Origin: a virus
Lineage: Duplodnaviria > Heunggongvirae > Uroviricota > Caudoviricetes
Direction: 5' to 3' (one strand)
IMG/VR virus record: IMGVR_UViG_3300031920_000341
Span: 1 to 64,000 of that record
Length of the DNA: 64,000 nt
In this document: one piece after another, positions 1 to 8,602 of the stretch
Numbering within the stretch: position 1 is the first letter of the stretch
Layout: every line of letters begins with the position of its first letter
Translations under genes and position numbers: made by a program
Notes under the pieces: model-generated
Database searches by the model: none
What the model was told of the DNA's origin: nothing
Seen by the model: the letters and a program-made list of their open reading frames with translations, nothing else

Positions 1-137
1 TCAAAAGTTCTCCAACCATTACGTCTTAGTGCCTTAACCATTTGTGGTAGTTTAGAACCAGCTTTTATCATATCATCTTCCATACCTTCTGGCATGATAA
101 CATTTCCTTTGTCGTCTGTTTTAACTATTGTTTCCAT
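1..137 (-). CDS. hypothetical protein, runs off window start (METIVKTDDKGNVIMPEG...)
   Basis: ATG at 137 overlaps the stop of the upstream gene; frame is open to position 1. Confidence 0.6.
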   Translation of the reverse strand, partial: METIVKTDDKGNVIMPEGMEDDMIKAGSKLPQMVKALRRNGWRTF

Positions 138-1048
138 TATTTAATTTCATCGAAGTCATATATTAAAAATTCTGATACATGCATTGCATTCATTTTACGA
201 TCTTTTATTTTATAAAGTACATCATGAAAATCATCAAGCATCATAATATCTTGTTTATTAATTTTTAATTTAATTGATAAGTTATCGAGCATTTCTGCTT
301 TATGCCTACCTTGATTTACAAAAAATCTTCTATCTTGTGGAATATTAAAAAATTCATTGAGCCATTCGTTTTTTTCTTGTATTGAAAAAGAATTCGGAAC
401 AGCAGAAAGAATGTATAGTTCATAACCTGCCCTATGTAGTAAATGTAATTTATTAATTACAGGATGAACTGGTTTTAGCCATTTATGTATTTCGCCATTT
501 ACAAAATCAATTTCACCATTGATAATTGGTAATGTTCCAAGTGCCGCAACAACTCCATCCATATCAACAAAGATATGTTTGTTTGTAAAATAATTTACAA
601 CTTCGTAAAAATCAACAATTTCAATAAGTCTATTGAATTGTGCTGTTTCTTTTATTGCCTTTTTAATTATTTCTTCATATGGAACTTTACGTTGACGTTT
701 TTGACTACGTTCTATACAAATTTGATATGGTGTTTTAATATGAACTAATTTAACTGCATAATTTTTATCATGAAGCATTTTAATAATTCTTATGGTATAA
801 GAATTATTAATACTACCAGTATCCATAACAACATTTACACCTACATCTGCAATATTATTAATTAATAACTCAGCTTCCTTTACACTATGTTGATGTAGTT
901 TATATGCAAAATTAGGATCATAGTCCAGATGTTTTTCTTTAATATTATCAGCCGATACTATTTTAAAGTCTTTTAAATGTTCTTGTTCTTTTATCCATGA
1001 TGTTTTACCAGCTAATGGTAAACCCATTAAAATTACAGCTAAACTCAT
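137..1048 (-). CDS. P-loop kinase (AAA_33/PNK-like) fused to NT5C-type HAD phosphatase
   Basis: N-terminal GLPLAGKT Walker A, SADNIK, R..R lid; C-terminal FVDMDGV, LSA, EKNEWL, LDDF HAD motifs. Confidence 0.8.
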   Translation of the reverse strand: MSLAVILMGLPLAGKTSWIKEQEHLKDFKIVSADNIKEKHLDYDPNFAYKLHQHSVKEAELLINNIADVGVNVVMDTGSINNSYTIRIIKMLHDKNYAVKLVHIKTPYQICIERSQKRQRKVPYEEIIKKAIKETAQFNRLIEIVDFYEVVNYFTNKHIFVDMDGVVAALGTLPIINGEIDFVNGEIHKWLKPVHPVINKLHLLHRAGYELYILSAVPNSFSIQEKNEWLNEFFNIPQDRRFFVNQGRHKAEMLDNLSIKLKINKQDIMMLDDFHDVLYKIKDRKMNAMHVSEFLIYDFDEIK

Positions 1049-1050
1049 AA

Positions 1051-1950
1051 TTACTTTAATTTATTAAATGGTATGATTGTTACTATTTCGCTTTTCTTTT
1101 CAATTTCAGGTAATTCCATGGAAATATTTGTATACCAAGAATCTGTGGTATATATTTTTTTAAAATACTTAGCTAATTCTTTAAATCCATAACTAAACAA
1201 TCCATGACTAATAGCAAGATAAATATCATTTGCACCAGCATCTTTTAATTTTGTTGCAATTCTCATAAAAGTTCTTCCGCCATCACAAATATCATCAACA
1301 ATTAAACAATCATACCCAGGAGGAATTTCATCATATACCCTAAAACCAGATACTTCTTGTGTAATAGGATCACGATGTTTGTCACACTTAATTAATAAAA
1401 ATTTATTATCTAAGAAATTAAGTAAATCATAAATTTTCTTTTGTGCTCCGGCATCAGGACAAACAATTGCTATTTTTTTATGTGGGATTTCAATAATATC
1501 TTGTATAACCCTATTGATAAAATAATGATTATTTTCAACAATACAATTATCAATTAGAGGATAGGTAACAGATGAATGCGGATCAAATATAATAACCTTA
1601 TCGAATCCTAATGAATTTATAAGGTCAGCATATACTTTTACCGTAAGTGCTTCGCCAGAAGAACGTATGGCATCTTGACGTGCTCCTGGAAAATAAGGTA
1701 GGAATAATTTTATACTTTTAATATTATAAAGTCGTCTTAATGCATCTACAGCAACAGCTAATTCACCAAAATCATTGAAACTTTTTATTCTTTGAGTTAT
1801 CATAACATCTTCTATAACAACTCGATCACTTAAAGTTATTTTAATATGTGGTTCACCTCCAAAAAATGTAATAATTTTAAATGTAATATCAGTTTCATGT
1901 TTTATTGAATTGAATGGATCAAATCCTTTTGTTAAATTTAAATATCTCAT
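1051..1950 (-). CDS. prs: ribose-phosphate pyrophosphokinase-like protein (PRS/Adps family)
   Basis: FFGGEPH, PYFPGARQD, FDPHS, CPDAGA, IVDDICDGGRTF PRPP-binding loop. Confidence 0.88.
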   Translation of the reverse strand: MRYLNLTKGFDPFNSIKHETDITFKIITFFGGEPHIKITLSDRVVIEDVMITQRIKSFNDFGELAVAVDALRRLYNIKSIKLFLPYFPGARQDAIRSSGEALTVKVYADLINSLGFDKVIIFDPHSSVTYPLIDNCIVENNHYFINRVIQDIIEIPHKKIAIVCPDAGAQKKIYDLLNFLDNKFLLIKCDKHRDPITQEVSGFRVYDEIPPGYDCLIVDDICDGGRTFMRIATKLKDAGANDIYLAISHGLFSYGFKELAKYFKKIYTTDSWYTNISMELPEIEKKSEIVTIIPFNKLK

Positions 1951-2243
1951 ATCTTTGTATTTTTTGGATAAAATCCGATAATTGTATCAGAAATTTTCAT
2001 AAAATTATTATTATTTAATAATAATATTAGTGAATTCATTTCAATATATTGAAATTTTCCACTTCGATCTGAGTCTATATAAACAACTCTACCACTAGTA
2101 ACGGTGTTACCTTGTGTATTACGTATAATTATATCTCCCCAGTTTTGTGATTGGTGAATTGTATATGTATCAATATAATCACGTTCTTCACGTTCACCAC
2201 GTAATATAAGAAGTATTGATTCAGTTTTAATATTTATATTCAT
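1947..2243 (-). CDS. hypothetical protein
   Basis: ATGA overlap with prs; preceded by early-type promoter. Confidence 0.6.
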   Translation of the reverse strand: MNINIKTESILLILRGEREERDYIDTYTIHQSQNWGDIIIRNTQGNTVTSGRVVYIDSDRSGKFQYIEMNSLILLLNNNNFMKISDTIIGFYPKNTKI

Positions 2244-2273
2244 TCAAGATTATCTTTATATTAATTTAGAATA

Positions 2274-2307
2274 CAAATGTATGCATTATAAATGAAACAG
2301 AAAAGTA
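2274..2307 (-). promoter_or_regulatory. early-type promoter (TACTTTTCTGTTTC-N12-TACATTTG)
   Basis: Motif recurs 4 times with identical 12-nt spacer; TAnnTTTG is the Bacteroidota -7 box. Confidence 0.75.
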
Positions 2308-2308
2308 A

Positions 2309-2584
2309 TTATAACTGAGGCATAAGAATTTCAGTTGGTATTGAATCAAATTCAAGTTGTTTATATGATATATATTTTACTGATACTTTTTTACCTGGAA
2401 TAATTGTAGCTTTACCATCAAAATCTGTAAACACTTTTAATCCATTAGAATAAATTGAAACTCCAGTAAGTGGTTCTCTTGTTACTGAGTCAAGAACGGT
2501 TATTACAACTGGTTGCATATTAGATGTTGGGTTATTGCTTGACATCAATATTATTAAAAACAAAAATATTATTAAATATTTCAT
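2309..2584 (-). CDS. small exported protein, CarboxypepD_reg-like (SusC N-terminal extension-type) domain
   Basis: Signal-peptide-like N-terminus; VLDSVTREPLTGVSI...TDFDGK...V.YISYK pattern. Confidence 0.75.
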   Translation of the reverse strand: MKYLIIFLFLIILMSSNNPTSNMQPVVITVLDSVTREPLTGVSIYSNGLKVFTDFDGKATIIPGKKVSVKYISYKQLEFDSIPTEILMPQL

Positions 2585-2696
2585 AGTCTATATAATTTTA
2601 ATTATTTACTATATATTATATAGAATATTAAACCTTTGAGTATTAACTTATTACTAACTTATTACTAATATTCACGTTCAATAACTAAACATAATC

Positions 2697-2731
2697 AACT
2701 TAGACACTACGTCTAAGATAGTGTCTAAGTT
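2697..2731. repeat. 13-bp perfect inverted repeat
   Basis: AACTTAGACACTA (2697-2709) / TAGTGTCTAAGTT (2719-2731). Confidence 0.8.
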
Positions 2732-2758
2732 AAGCTATATTTTAGATAAAAATTGGTT

Positions 2759-3109
2759 TTACTTAGACACTTTATGTGCAATAAGTCTGTTTACAAACCT
2801 GGCTTGGTTCTTATCAAAACGATTACAAATAGTTCCCATTACATCTCTTGTGAAACTATTTACATCTCTTTTTTTAGGAATATTAATGACATAAAGCACA
2901 CCATTTTCGATTGCCTGTTCAATACCTTTAGAACGTTTAAAGTTATCAAGTGGATTACAAATACTCATACATATTTCAAGTCTTGTACCATCAACTTCGG
3001 CAACAAATGTTGCACGTCTTTTCTTTTCGTGTTTTTCTTGATCATCATCTTCTTCCCAAATATCATGATGTTCTGAATGTACGATGTATTTAAATTCTTT
3101 TGTTTTCAT
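2759..3109 (-). CDS. hypothetical phage protein
   Basis: ATG start, early promoter upstream; SICNPLDNF.R.KG pattern seen in small phage proteins. Confidence 0.65.
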   Translation of the reverse strand: MKTKEFKYIVHSEHHDIWEEDDDQEKHEKKRRATFVAEVDGTRLEICMSICNPLDNFKRSKGIEQAIENGVLYVINIPKKRDVNSFTRDVMGTICNRFDKNQARFVNRLIAHKVSK

Positions 3110-3138
3110 AAAAATAATGTTTTTAAATTAATTTGATG

Positions 3139-3172
3139 CTAAAGTAAGTAAAATAGTCGAAACAGAAAAGTA
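3139..3172 (-). promoter_or_regulatory. early-type promoter (TACTTTTCTGTTTC-N12-TACTTTAG)
   Basis: Second copy of the 34-nt motif. Confidence 0.75.
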
Positions 3173-3204
3173 ATAATTGAAATATATAAAAGAAAAGCAT
3201 TTAA

Positions 3205-4686
3205 TTGGTGAAAACCTTAAGCAAATATTTTATAAAAGAATTTAAATATTATATTCCAATGTTTGAAAGTAAGGATATTAAGATGGAAATTCCAGAAGAT
3301 GTAATGCAAGTTTATGATGCATTCAAAAGGAATGGCAAACAATTATATGTTGTTGGCGGTGCTGTACGTGATGCAGTAATGGGTAATATTCCTCATGATT
3401 GGGATTTAGCAACCAATGCAAAACCAGAAGAAAGTATTGCCATTGCTAATAAAGAAGGATTAAAACACACAGAAGAAGTTGGTGAACGATTTGGTATAGT
3501 TATTATAAATGGACATGAAGTTGCTACATTTAGACAAGATAAAGGCAAGGGTCGTCGACCTGATTCTGTATCATATACTGATATAGAAGGTGATGTAATG
3601 CGTAGAGATTTAACAGTTAATGCATTATTTTATGATATTGAAAAGCAAGAGGTTGTCGATATGGTTGGTGGCATAGATGATCTACATAAGAATCAAATAA
3701 GAAGTGTTGGTGAACCTAAATTAAGATTTGAAGAAGATCCATTAAGAAAGCTTCGTGCAGTACGATTTATTGGAAAACTAAATAATGGTAGAATTGAAGA
3801 GAAAACATATACTGCGCTTCAAGAGGATCCTGATATATCAATGATTAATTCTGATAGTATTTATAAAGAATTTATGAAGGGAATAATAGAATCTAGGTCA
3901 ACTAAGCAATATCTTGATGTTGCTGATAAACTTGGCATGCTTGAACAAATACTTCCTGGATTTAATTTAAAGAGACCGTTTATTGATGAGAATGATCCAA
4001 TTATTATGTTGGCATATTTAACCCAAGAAATGGATGGAGACACAGTAGAACGAATGTTAATGAATTTAAAGTATTCTAATGATCAAGCATATGGTGTTAA
4101 ATTTTTATTATCGTTATTGCATTTTGCACCAGAACAAGTATTTAAACATCATACAAATTATGTAAGATCCAAACTTTCTCCTGAGCAGGTAATTAGATGG
4201 GGAGAATTAATAGGTAAAGATCTTTCTAAGTTTGTCGAGTATAAACCATCGGTAAGTGGAAAAGATGCTCCATCTGAATTAAAAGGTAAAGCTGTTGGTG
4301 ATTGGAAAGATAATGAAGAAACAAAAAAATATAATTCAATGTTTGAAAAATTAATACCAATGTTTGAAGATTTTAAAGGTGATGAAGAATTAACTAATTT
4401 ATGGAACATATACATGGAATTTATTGAAGGTATCGATGGAAAAATTTCTGAAACAGGTGAACTTGAATCTAAGTATTGGAAAGAAGAAGTTGAACCTGAA
4501 CTTAATAGAATAACTAGAACGGTAAAAACATTAAGTGATGTTTCATCAGAAAGCGAAGAGATTATTCAAAATTTAAAAGATTTACTTGATGGTCTTGATG
4601 GATTAATTAGTGAACAAGGAAATTCTATAGAAAATTTTTGGGAAACAGGTGTCATCAGAAAGGCTAGATTATTGATTAGTAACTAG
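3205..4686 (+). CDS. cca: tRNA nucleotidyltransferase (class II CCA-adding enzyme), no HD domain, extra C-terminal segment
   Basis: VGGAVRD, DWDLAT, EVATFR, RRDLTVNAL, RFEEDPLRKLRAVRF. Confidence 0.92.
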   Translation: MVKTLSKYFIKEFKYYIPMFESKDIKMEIPEDVMQVYDAFKRNGKQLYVVGGAVRDAVMGNIPHDWDLATNAKPEESIAIANKEGLKHTEEVGERFGIVIINGHEVATFRQDKGKGRRPDSVSYTDIEGDVMRRDLTVNALFYDIEKQEVVDMVGGIDDLHKNQIRSVGEPKLRFEEDPLRKLRAVRFIGKLNNGRIEEKTYTALQEDPDISMINSDSIYKEFMKGIIESRSTKQYLDVADKLGMLEQILPGFNLKRPFIDENDPIIMLAYLTQEMDGDTVERMLMNLKYSNDQAYGVKFLLSLLHFAPEQVFKHHTNYVRSKLSPEQVIRWGELIGKDLSKFVEYKPSVSGKDAPSELKGKAVGDWKDNEETKKYNSMFEKLIPMFEDFKGDEELTNLWNIYMEFIEGIDGKISETGELESKYWKEEVEPELNRITRTVKTLSDVSSESEEIIQNLKDLLDGLDGLISEQGNSIENFWETGVIRKARLLISN

Positions 4687-4748
4687 ATAATACATTATAT
4701 CTGAACGTTCTGTATATAAGACCACGGTTATCTTACGCGCATTTTATG

Positions 4749-4756
4749 TATAAATA
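4749..4756 (+). promoter_or_regulatory. T4-type late promoter TATAAATA upstream of phoH
   Basis: Exact T4 late consensus 38 nt before ATG. Confidence 0.6.
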
Positions 4757-4793
4757 ATAATGAGAAATTTCTTATTAAAAAAATGCGTTTTAT

Positions 4794-5495
4794 ATGCTAG
4801 AGTTAAAAGAAAAAACTAGGGGCCAAGAATACATTAAGAAGCGTCCCAAAAATCCCATCAAATTTAAAATTCAATTAAACGAAGAGCAAAAACAAGCCAA
4901 AACCATCATCATGGAGAATGAAATTTCAGTTCTACTTGGTGCTGCTGGTTCTGGTAAAACTTTGCTTGCTTGTCAGATTGCTTTAGGTGGGCTTTTTACC
5001 AAACAGTTTGAAAAAATAATCATTACAAGACCTACGGTAAGTAAAGAAGATATTGGTTTTTTACCAGGAGACATGCGTGAAAAAATGGATCCATGGGTAC
5101 AACCAATTTATCAAAATATGTTTATTATGTATGATAAAGAAAAAATTGAGAAAACAATTAAGGATGGATTTATTGAGATAGTTCCTGTTTCATTTATGAG
5201 AGGTAGAACATTTGTAAATTCATGTATAATCGTTGATGAAGCTCAAAATATTACACATGATCAAATGCTTATGATTGCAACTAGATTAGGTAAAACAAGT
5301 AAGATGATTATTTGTGGAGATACAACGCAAATTGATTTGAAAAATAAAGGGGAATCTGGATTAAAGTTTCTTTATACTGTTGCTAAACGAATTAATGGTA
5401 TGGCAACAGTAAAATTATTAGAAAATCATAGATCTCCCATAGTTGATGATTTAATAAGAGAATATGAAAGTTTATCACCCGGAATTCTTAAATAG
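4794..5495 (+). CDS. phoH: PhoH-family ATPase
   Basis: GAAGSGKT, TRP, IGFLPG, FMRGRTF, DEAQN, TRLG, GDTTQ.DL, HRS. Confidence 0.95.
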   Translation: MLELKEKTRGQEYIKKRPKNPIKFKIQLNEEQKQAKTIIMENEISVLLGAAGSGKTLLACQIALGGLFTKQFEKIIITRPTVSKEDIGFLPGDMREKMDPWVQPIYQNMFIMYDKEKIEKTIKDGFIEIVPVSFMRGRTFVNSCIIVDEAQNITHDQMLMIATRLGKTSKMIICGDTTQIDLKNKGESGLKFLYTVAKRINGMATVKLLENHRSPIVDDLIREYESLSPGILK

Positions 5496-5721
5496 GATTT
5501 TCTGGTATTTTTTGAAATATTCTTTTCCACCAGGATTGTTGGTAGTATTCTCCAACTTTTGTTAACACTCTTTCTGATTGTGTTCTGTTATTACATTTGG
5601 AACATTCAAAGTGATAGTCGTCACCATAATATAGCATACTTCCCCAGCATTGACGAAAAATTTTTCGTTCATGTATTCGTTCTATTTTTGCACTTGAATT
5701 ACATGTACATATTTTATGCAT
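5488..5721 (-). CDS. small Cys-rich (putative zinc-binding) protein
   Basis: CTC...CSKC. Confidence 0.5.
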   Translation of the reverse strand: MHKICTCNSSAKIERIHERKIFRQCWGSMLYYGDDYHFECSKCNNRTQSERVLTKVGEYYQQSWWKRIFQKIPENPI

Positions 5722-5728
5722 GAATTAT

Positions 5729-5914
5729 TTACTTTTTATGCGTATATGGTATTACTTCAACGCCAGGTACTTTTCGTGTTTCTTTATTTTCACATTTTGG
5801 ACATAATATAATTGTATGGGGACTTCTGGTACTTATTGTTACATATAACATTATACCTTGTTCAAAATCATTTAAACAATTATGACATGTTTGTTTCCTT
5901 TTAGATTTAGCCAT
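5729..5914 (-). CDS. small zinc-finger protein
   Basis: CHNC...CPKC; early promoter upstream. Confidence 0.6.
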   Translation of the reverse strand: MAKSKRKQTCHNCLNDFEQGIMLYVTISTRSPHTIILCPKCENKETRKVPGVEVIPYTHKK

Positions 5915-5945
5915 TTCTATCTTATTTATTTATTTAAATTTTCTG

Positions 5946-5979
5946 CTAAATTATATAATATATTTGATACAGAAAAGTA
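5946..5979 (-). promoter_or_regulatory. early-type promoter (TACTTTTCTGTATC-N12-TAATTTAG)
   Basis: Third copy of the motif. Confidence 0.7.
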
Positions 5980-5990
5980 TAGATAAATTT

Positions 5991-6476
5991 TTAAGCATTT
6001 TTTGCTACTTCGTTAAATACCTTTTGAACATCGATTTTTCTTGAATTTTCATCAATAGCTTCTATTGCACCAATCTTTATTAAATCCTTTGCATTAATTT
6101 CGGCTAATATTTGTCCACGCATTTTATGTGCATCAAATGCAACAATTGCGATTATATCAGCTGCCTCAAATGGACCGCTGTAAGATGCATATTTATTTTT
6201 GAAATTGAAAAATGGAACTACCTTTACCTTTTTTCCAGTATAGTATTCAAAATCATATCCAGGATCAGTTCCTGGTTTCATTTTAAGATTTATTATATTT
6301 AATAACTTATTACGTCTGGATTTTTGAAATACATATTGTGCAGATTTTGCTGCATATAAAAATAAAGTTTGACTTATTTCATCTGGGCCAAATGAAAAAT
6401 AATATGAATAACATTGTTGTGCAAATGCTATTAAATAGTCATTTTGTGTTTTGTTAATTTGTATTTTTTGTTCCAT
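5991..6476 (-). CDS. hypothetical protein (weak PD-(D/E)xK-like pattern)
   Basis: DPGYDF...KVK; AAAACT-N16-TATAA promoter at 6482-6508. Confidence 0.55.
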   Translation of the reverse strand: MEQKIQINKTQNDYLIAFAQQCYSYYFSFGPDEISQTLFLYAAKSAQYVFQKSRRNKLLNIINLKMKPGTDPGYDFEYYTGKKVKVVPFFNFKNKYASYSGPFEAADIIAIVAFDAHKMRGQILAEINAKDLIKIGAIEAIDENSRKIDVQKVFNEVAKNA

Positions 6477-6506
6477 ATTAATTATATGGAAAATAGGAAA
6501 ATAGTT

Positions 6507-6887
6507 TTATACACCTAGGCCATCACCCTTTAATGGTATACTAACAATCATTCCGAATAATTGATTTATTCCTACAGTACCTGGTTTTACTGGTTCTATT
6601 TTAATTAACCATTTCTTTCGTGTCATATTTGACATCTTTACTGTTGGATCATTTACAGCATCAAGCATTCTTTGTTTTAATTCATTAAATTTTGGTCTAT
6701 TGCCCATAGTTTGCATTATTAACTTAAATTCATGTGCAAGTGTATGTTCCTTTTGGCTTAATTTAGCTTTAGCTAATCTATCACGTTCAAAATATTCGCC
6801 CTTTGCACCTTTATTTTTGTTAAATCTATTTGGTCTTGCAGTTGCTTCATTTATCATTTGATTAACTTTAGGTACAAATTGTTCCAT
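6507..6887 (-). CDS. hypothetical late protein, putative head-internal protein
   Basis: TATAAATA at 6907-6914 (-); N-terminus ends ...QMINE. Confidence 0.6.
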   Translation of the reverse strand: MEQFVPKVNQMINEATARPNRFNKNKGAKGEYFERDRLAKAKLSQKEHTLAHEFKLIMQTMGNRPKFNELKQRMLDAVNDPTVKMSNMTRKKWLIKIEPVKPGTVGINQLFGMIVSIPLKGDGLGV

Positions 6888-6980
6888 GTTAAAACATTAT
6901 TTTTATTATTTATATGTAAAAACCTTATAAAGTTTTTGTATATTATATATGAGAGTAAATAAATAAAACAATTATAATTT

Positions 6981-7448
6981 ATGCTTCATACATATATAAA
7001 TGAATTTCATGGATTTTTTAATGATGGATCATTTACACAGGATGAACAAATTCGTAATTGGGCATTATTTGGAAAAACTTATTTTGAAAATATATTTTTG
7101 AAAATAGATGATTTTGAAGTACTTAAATCAACATATTTGGAAAAAACCAAGACTGTGAATAATAGAATAGCAAAAATTGCATTATATTATTTTTACAAAT
7201 ATAGAGAAAAACAACTTCTTAATGATATACAAGAAGGAATTGAAGAAAGAAAACCTAAACCAAAATGGTTTACATTAGATCAAAAAAAATTAAATTATTA
7301 TGAACAAGTAATAACCAATACATATGCAAAAGCAGTTTTAGATACTGTTAAGCAAAATAACGGTCGTTGTTCAGAAAGACAATATACAATATTAAAATTA
7401 GCTATAGAGGGTAATATTACCCCTAGTTTATTTGGTACAAAAAATTAA
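6981..7448 (+). CDS. hypothetical protein
   Basis: 155-aa ORF with upstream AAAACC-N16-TATTA. Confidence 0.6.
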   Translation: MLHTYINEFHGFFNDGSFTQDEQIRNWALFGKTYFENIFLKIDDFEVLKSTYLEKTKTVNNRIAKIALYYFYKYREKQLLNDIQEGIEERKPKPKWFTLDQKKLNYYEQVITNTYAKAVLDTVKQNNGRCSERQYTILKLAIEGNITPSLFGTKN

Positions 7449-7454
7449 ATTAAT

Positions 7455-8213
7455 ATGGAACAATTTATTTTATCATACGAAGAACATTTATTAAGTAGAG
7501 CATTAAACAAATTAATAAACGAAAAGTTACATTCATTTTTAACTGGATCATTTAACAAAAAGGAAGCTCTTAATTGGTTAACTAAAGATGGTCTTAAATA
7601 TATTACAGCATATTTGCTTAAGCATCCAAATAATAATATGACTAAACCATTTATTGAATTATATAAACAAAACAAAGCATCAAGTAATGAATGGACTAAC
7701 TGTAAAGGAATTGATGATCAGTTTCTTTCTGTACTAGATCATTTTAAGAATACTCTTGAAACACGAATAAAGGGTGGAGAACCCGAAGGTAACGCTACAT
7801 CAGAAGAAGCATTAGTATATCAAACATGGGAAGAAGCTGAAGAAGCATTATTACATAATGATACCGAATCTCAAGAATCACAATATGATGATGAAACTCA
7901 AGAATCACAAGATGAAAATCTTGAGTTAGAAGAAATAATTCAAGGTTACATTGGAGAATTTCAAGAATTTATTGTACCTGGTTCTATTGATGGTAGTGTA
8001 GATGAAGATGGCAGTTGGAATTTTTCTGCTAAATTAGAAATACCAAAAAGTTTTCATGAATATTTAGAACCAGATGATATAGAAGAAGATATTAATAGTT
8101 CTTCAAATGGAGGACCTGGTGCAGCATTTCATTCTGTACATGCTACAATGGATGATGAAACACAAGATGAATTTATAGTATCTGTTTCAGGTAGAGGTGG
8201 ATATGATATTTAA
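7455..8213 (+). CDS. acidic hypothetical protein, putative head-internal protein
   Basis: MEQFILSYEEHL...LINE N-terminus; acidic TQE/TQD tracts. Confidence 0.6.
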   Translation: MEQFILSYEEHLLSRALNKLINEKLHSFLTGSFNKKEALNWLTKDGLKYITAYLLKHPNNNMTKPFIELYKQNKASSNEWTNCKGIDDQFLSVLDHFKNTLETRIKGGEPEGNATSEEALVYQTWEEAEEALLHNDTESQESQYDDETQESQDENLELEEIIQGYIGEFQEFIVPGSIDGSVDEDGSWNFSAKLEIPKSFHEYLEPDDIEEDINSSSNGGPGAAFHSVHATMDDETQDEFIVSVSGRGGYDI

Positions 8214-8602
8214 TAAACAATAATTTTATATGGTTTTTGAATTTGCTTTGCATATTCTATTGAATTTTTAGTACCTGGTGATTTTCCATCCCAAAATGCT
8301 ATAATAACATCTGCATTATCGACAATATCACGATTCCTACGGAACCCTGCACGTGAATCGTACTTCCTACCATACCTTTCTTTAATTAATGCATCTGGGT
8401 GGTCTAAAACGTCCCATAGAGCAGGGAACTCTAAATATGGAATTCCCCGTTCATGTGCATAAATCTTTCCGATAGTATCGGCGCCACCTGCGCCACCACT
8501 TACAATTAATGTAATTTTATTAAGTGAATTGAGTTTATCTAACTTTTGAAAAGCTAAAATTTGATTATCAAATTTTCTACCGCCTATTACCGCTACTTTC
8601 AT
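8210..8602 (-). CDS. SLOG/YspA-like (DUF2493) protein
   Basis: VIGGRKF, VSGGAGGAD, AGFRRN, AFWDGKSPGT. Confidence 0.85.
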   Translation of the reverse strand: MKVAVIGGRKFDNQILAFQKLDKLNSLNKITLIVSGGAGGADTIGKIYAHERGIPYLEFPALWDVLDHPDALIKERYGRKYDSRAGFRRNRDIVDNADVIIAFWDGKSPGTKNSIEYAKQIQKPYKIIVY

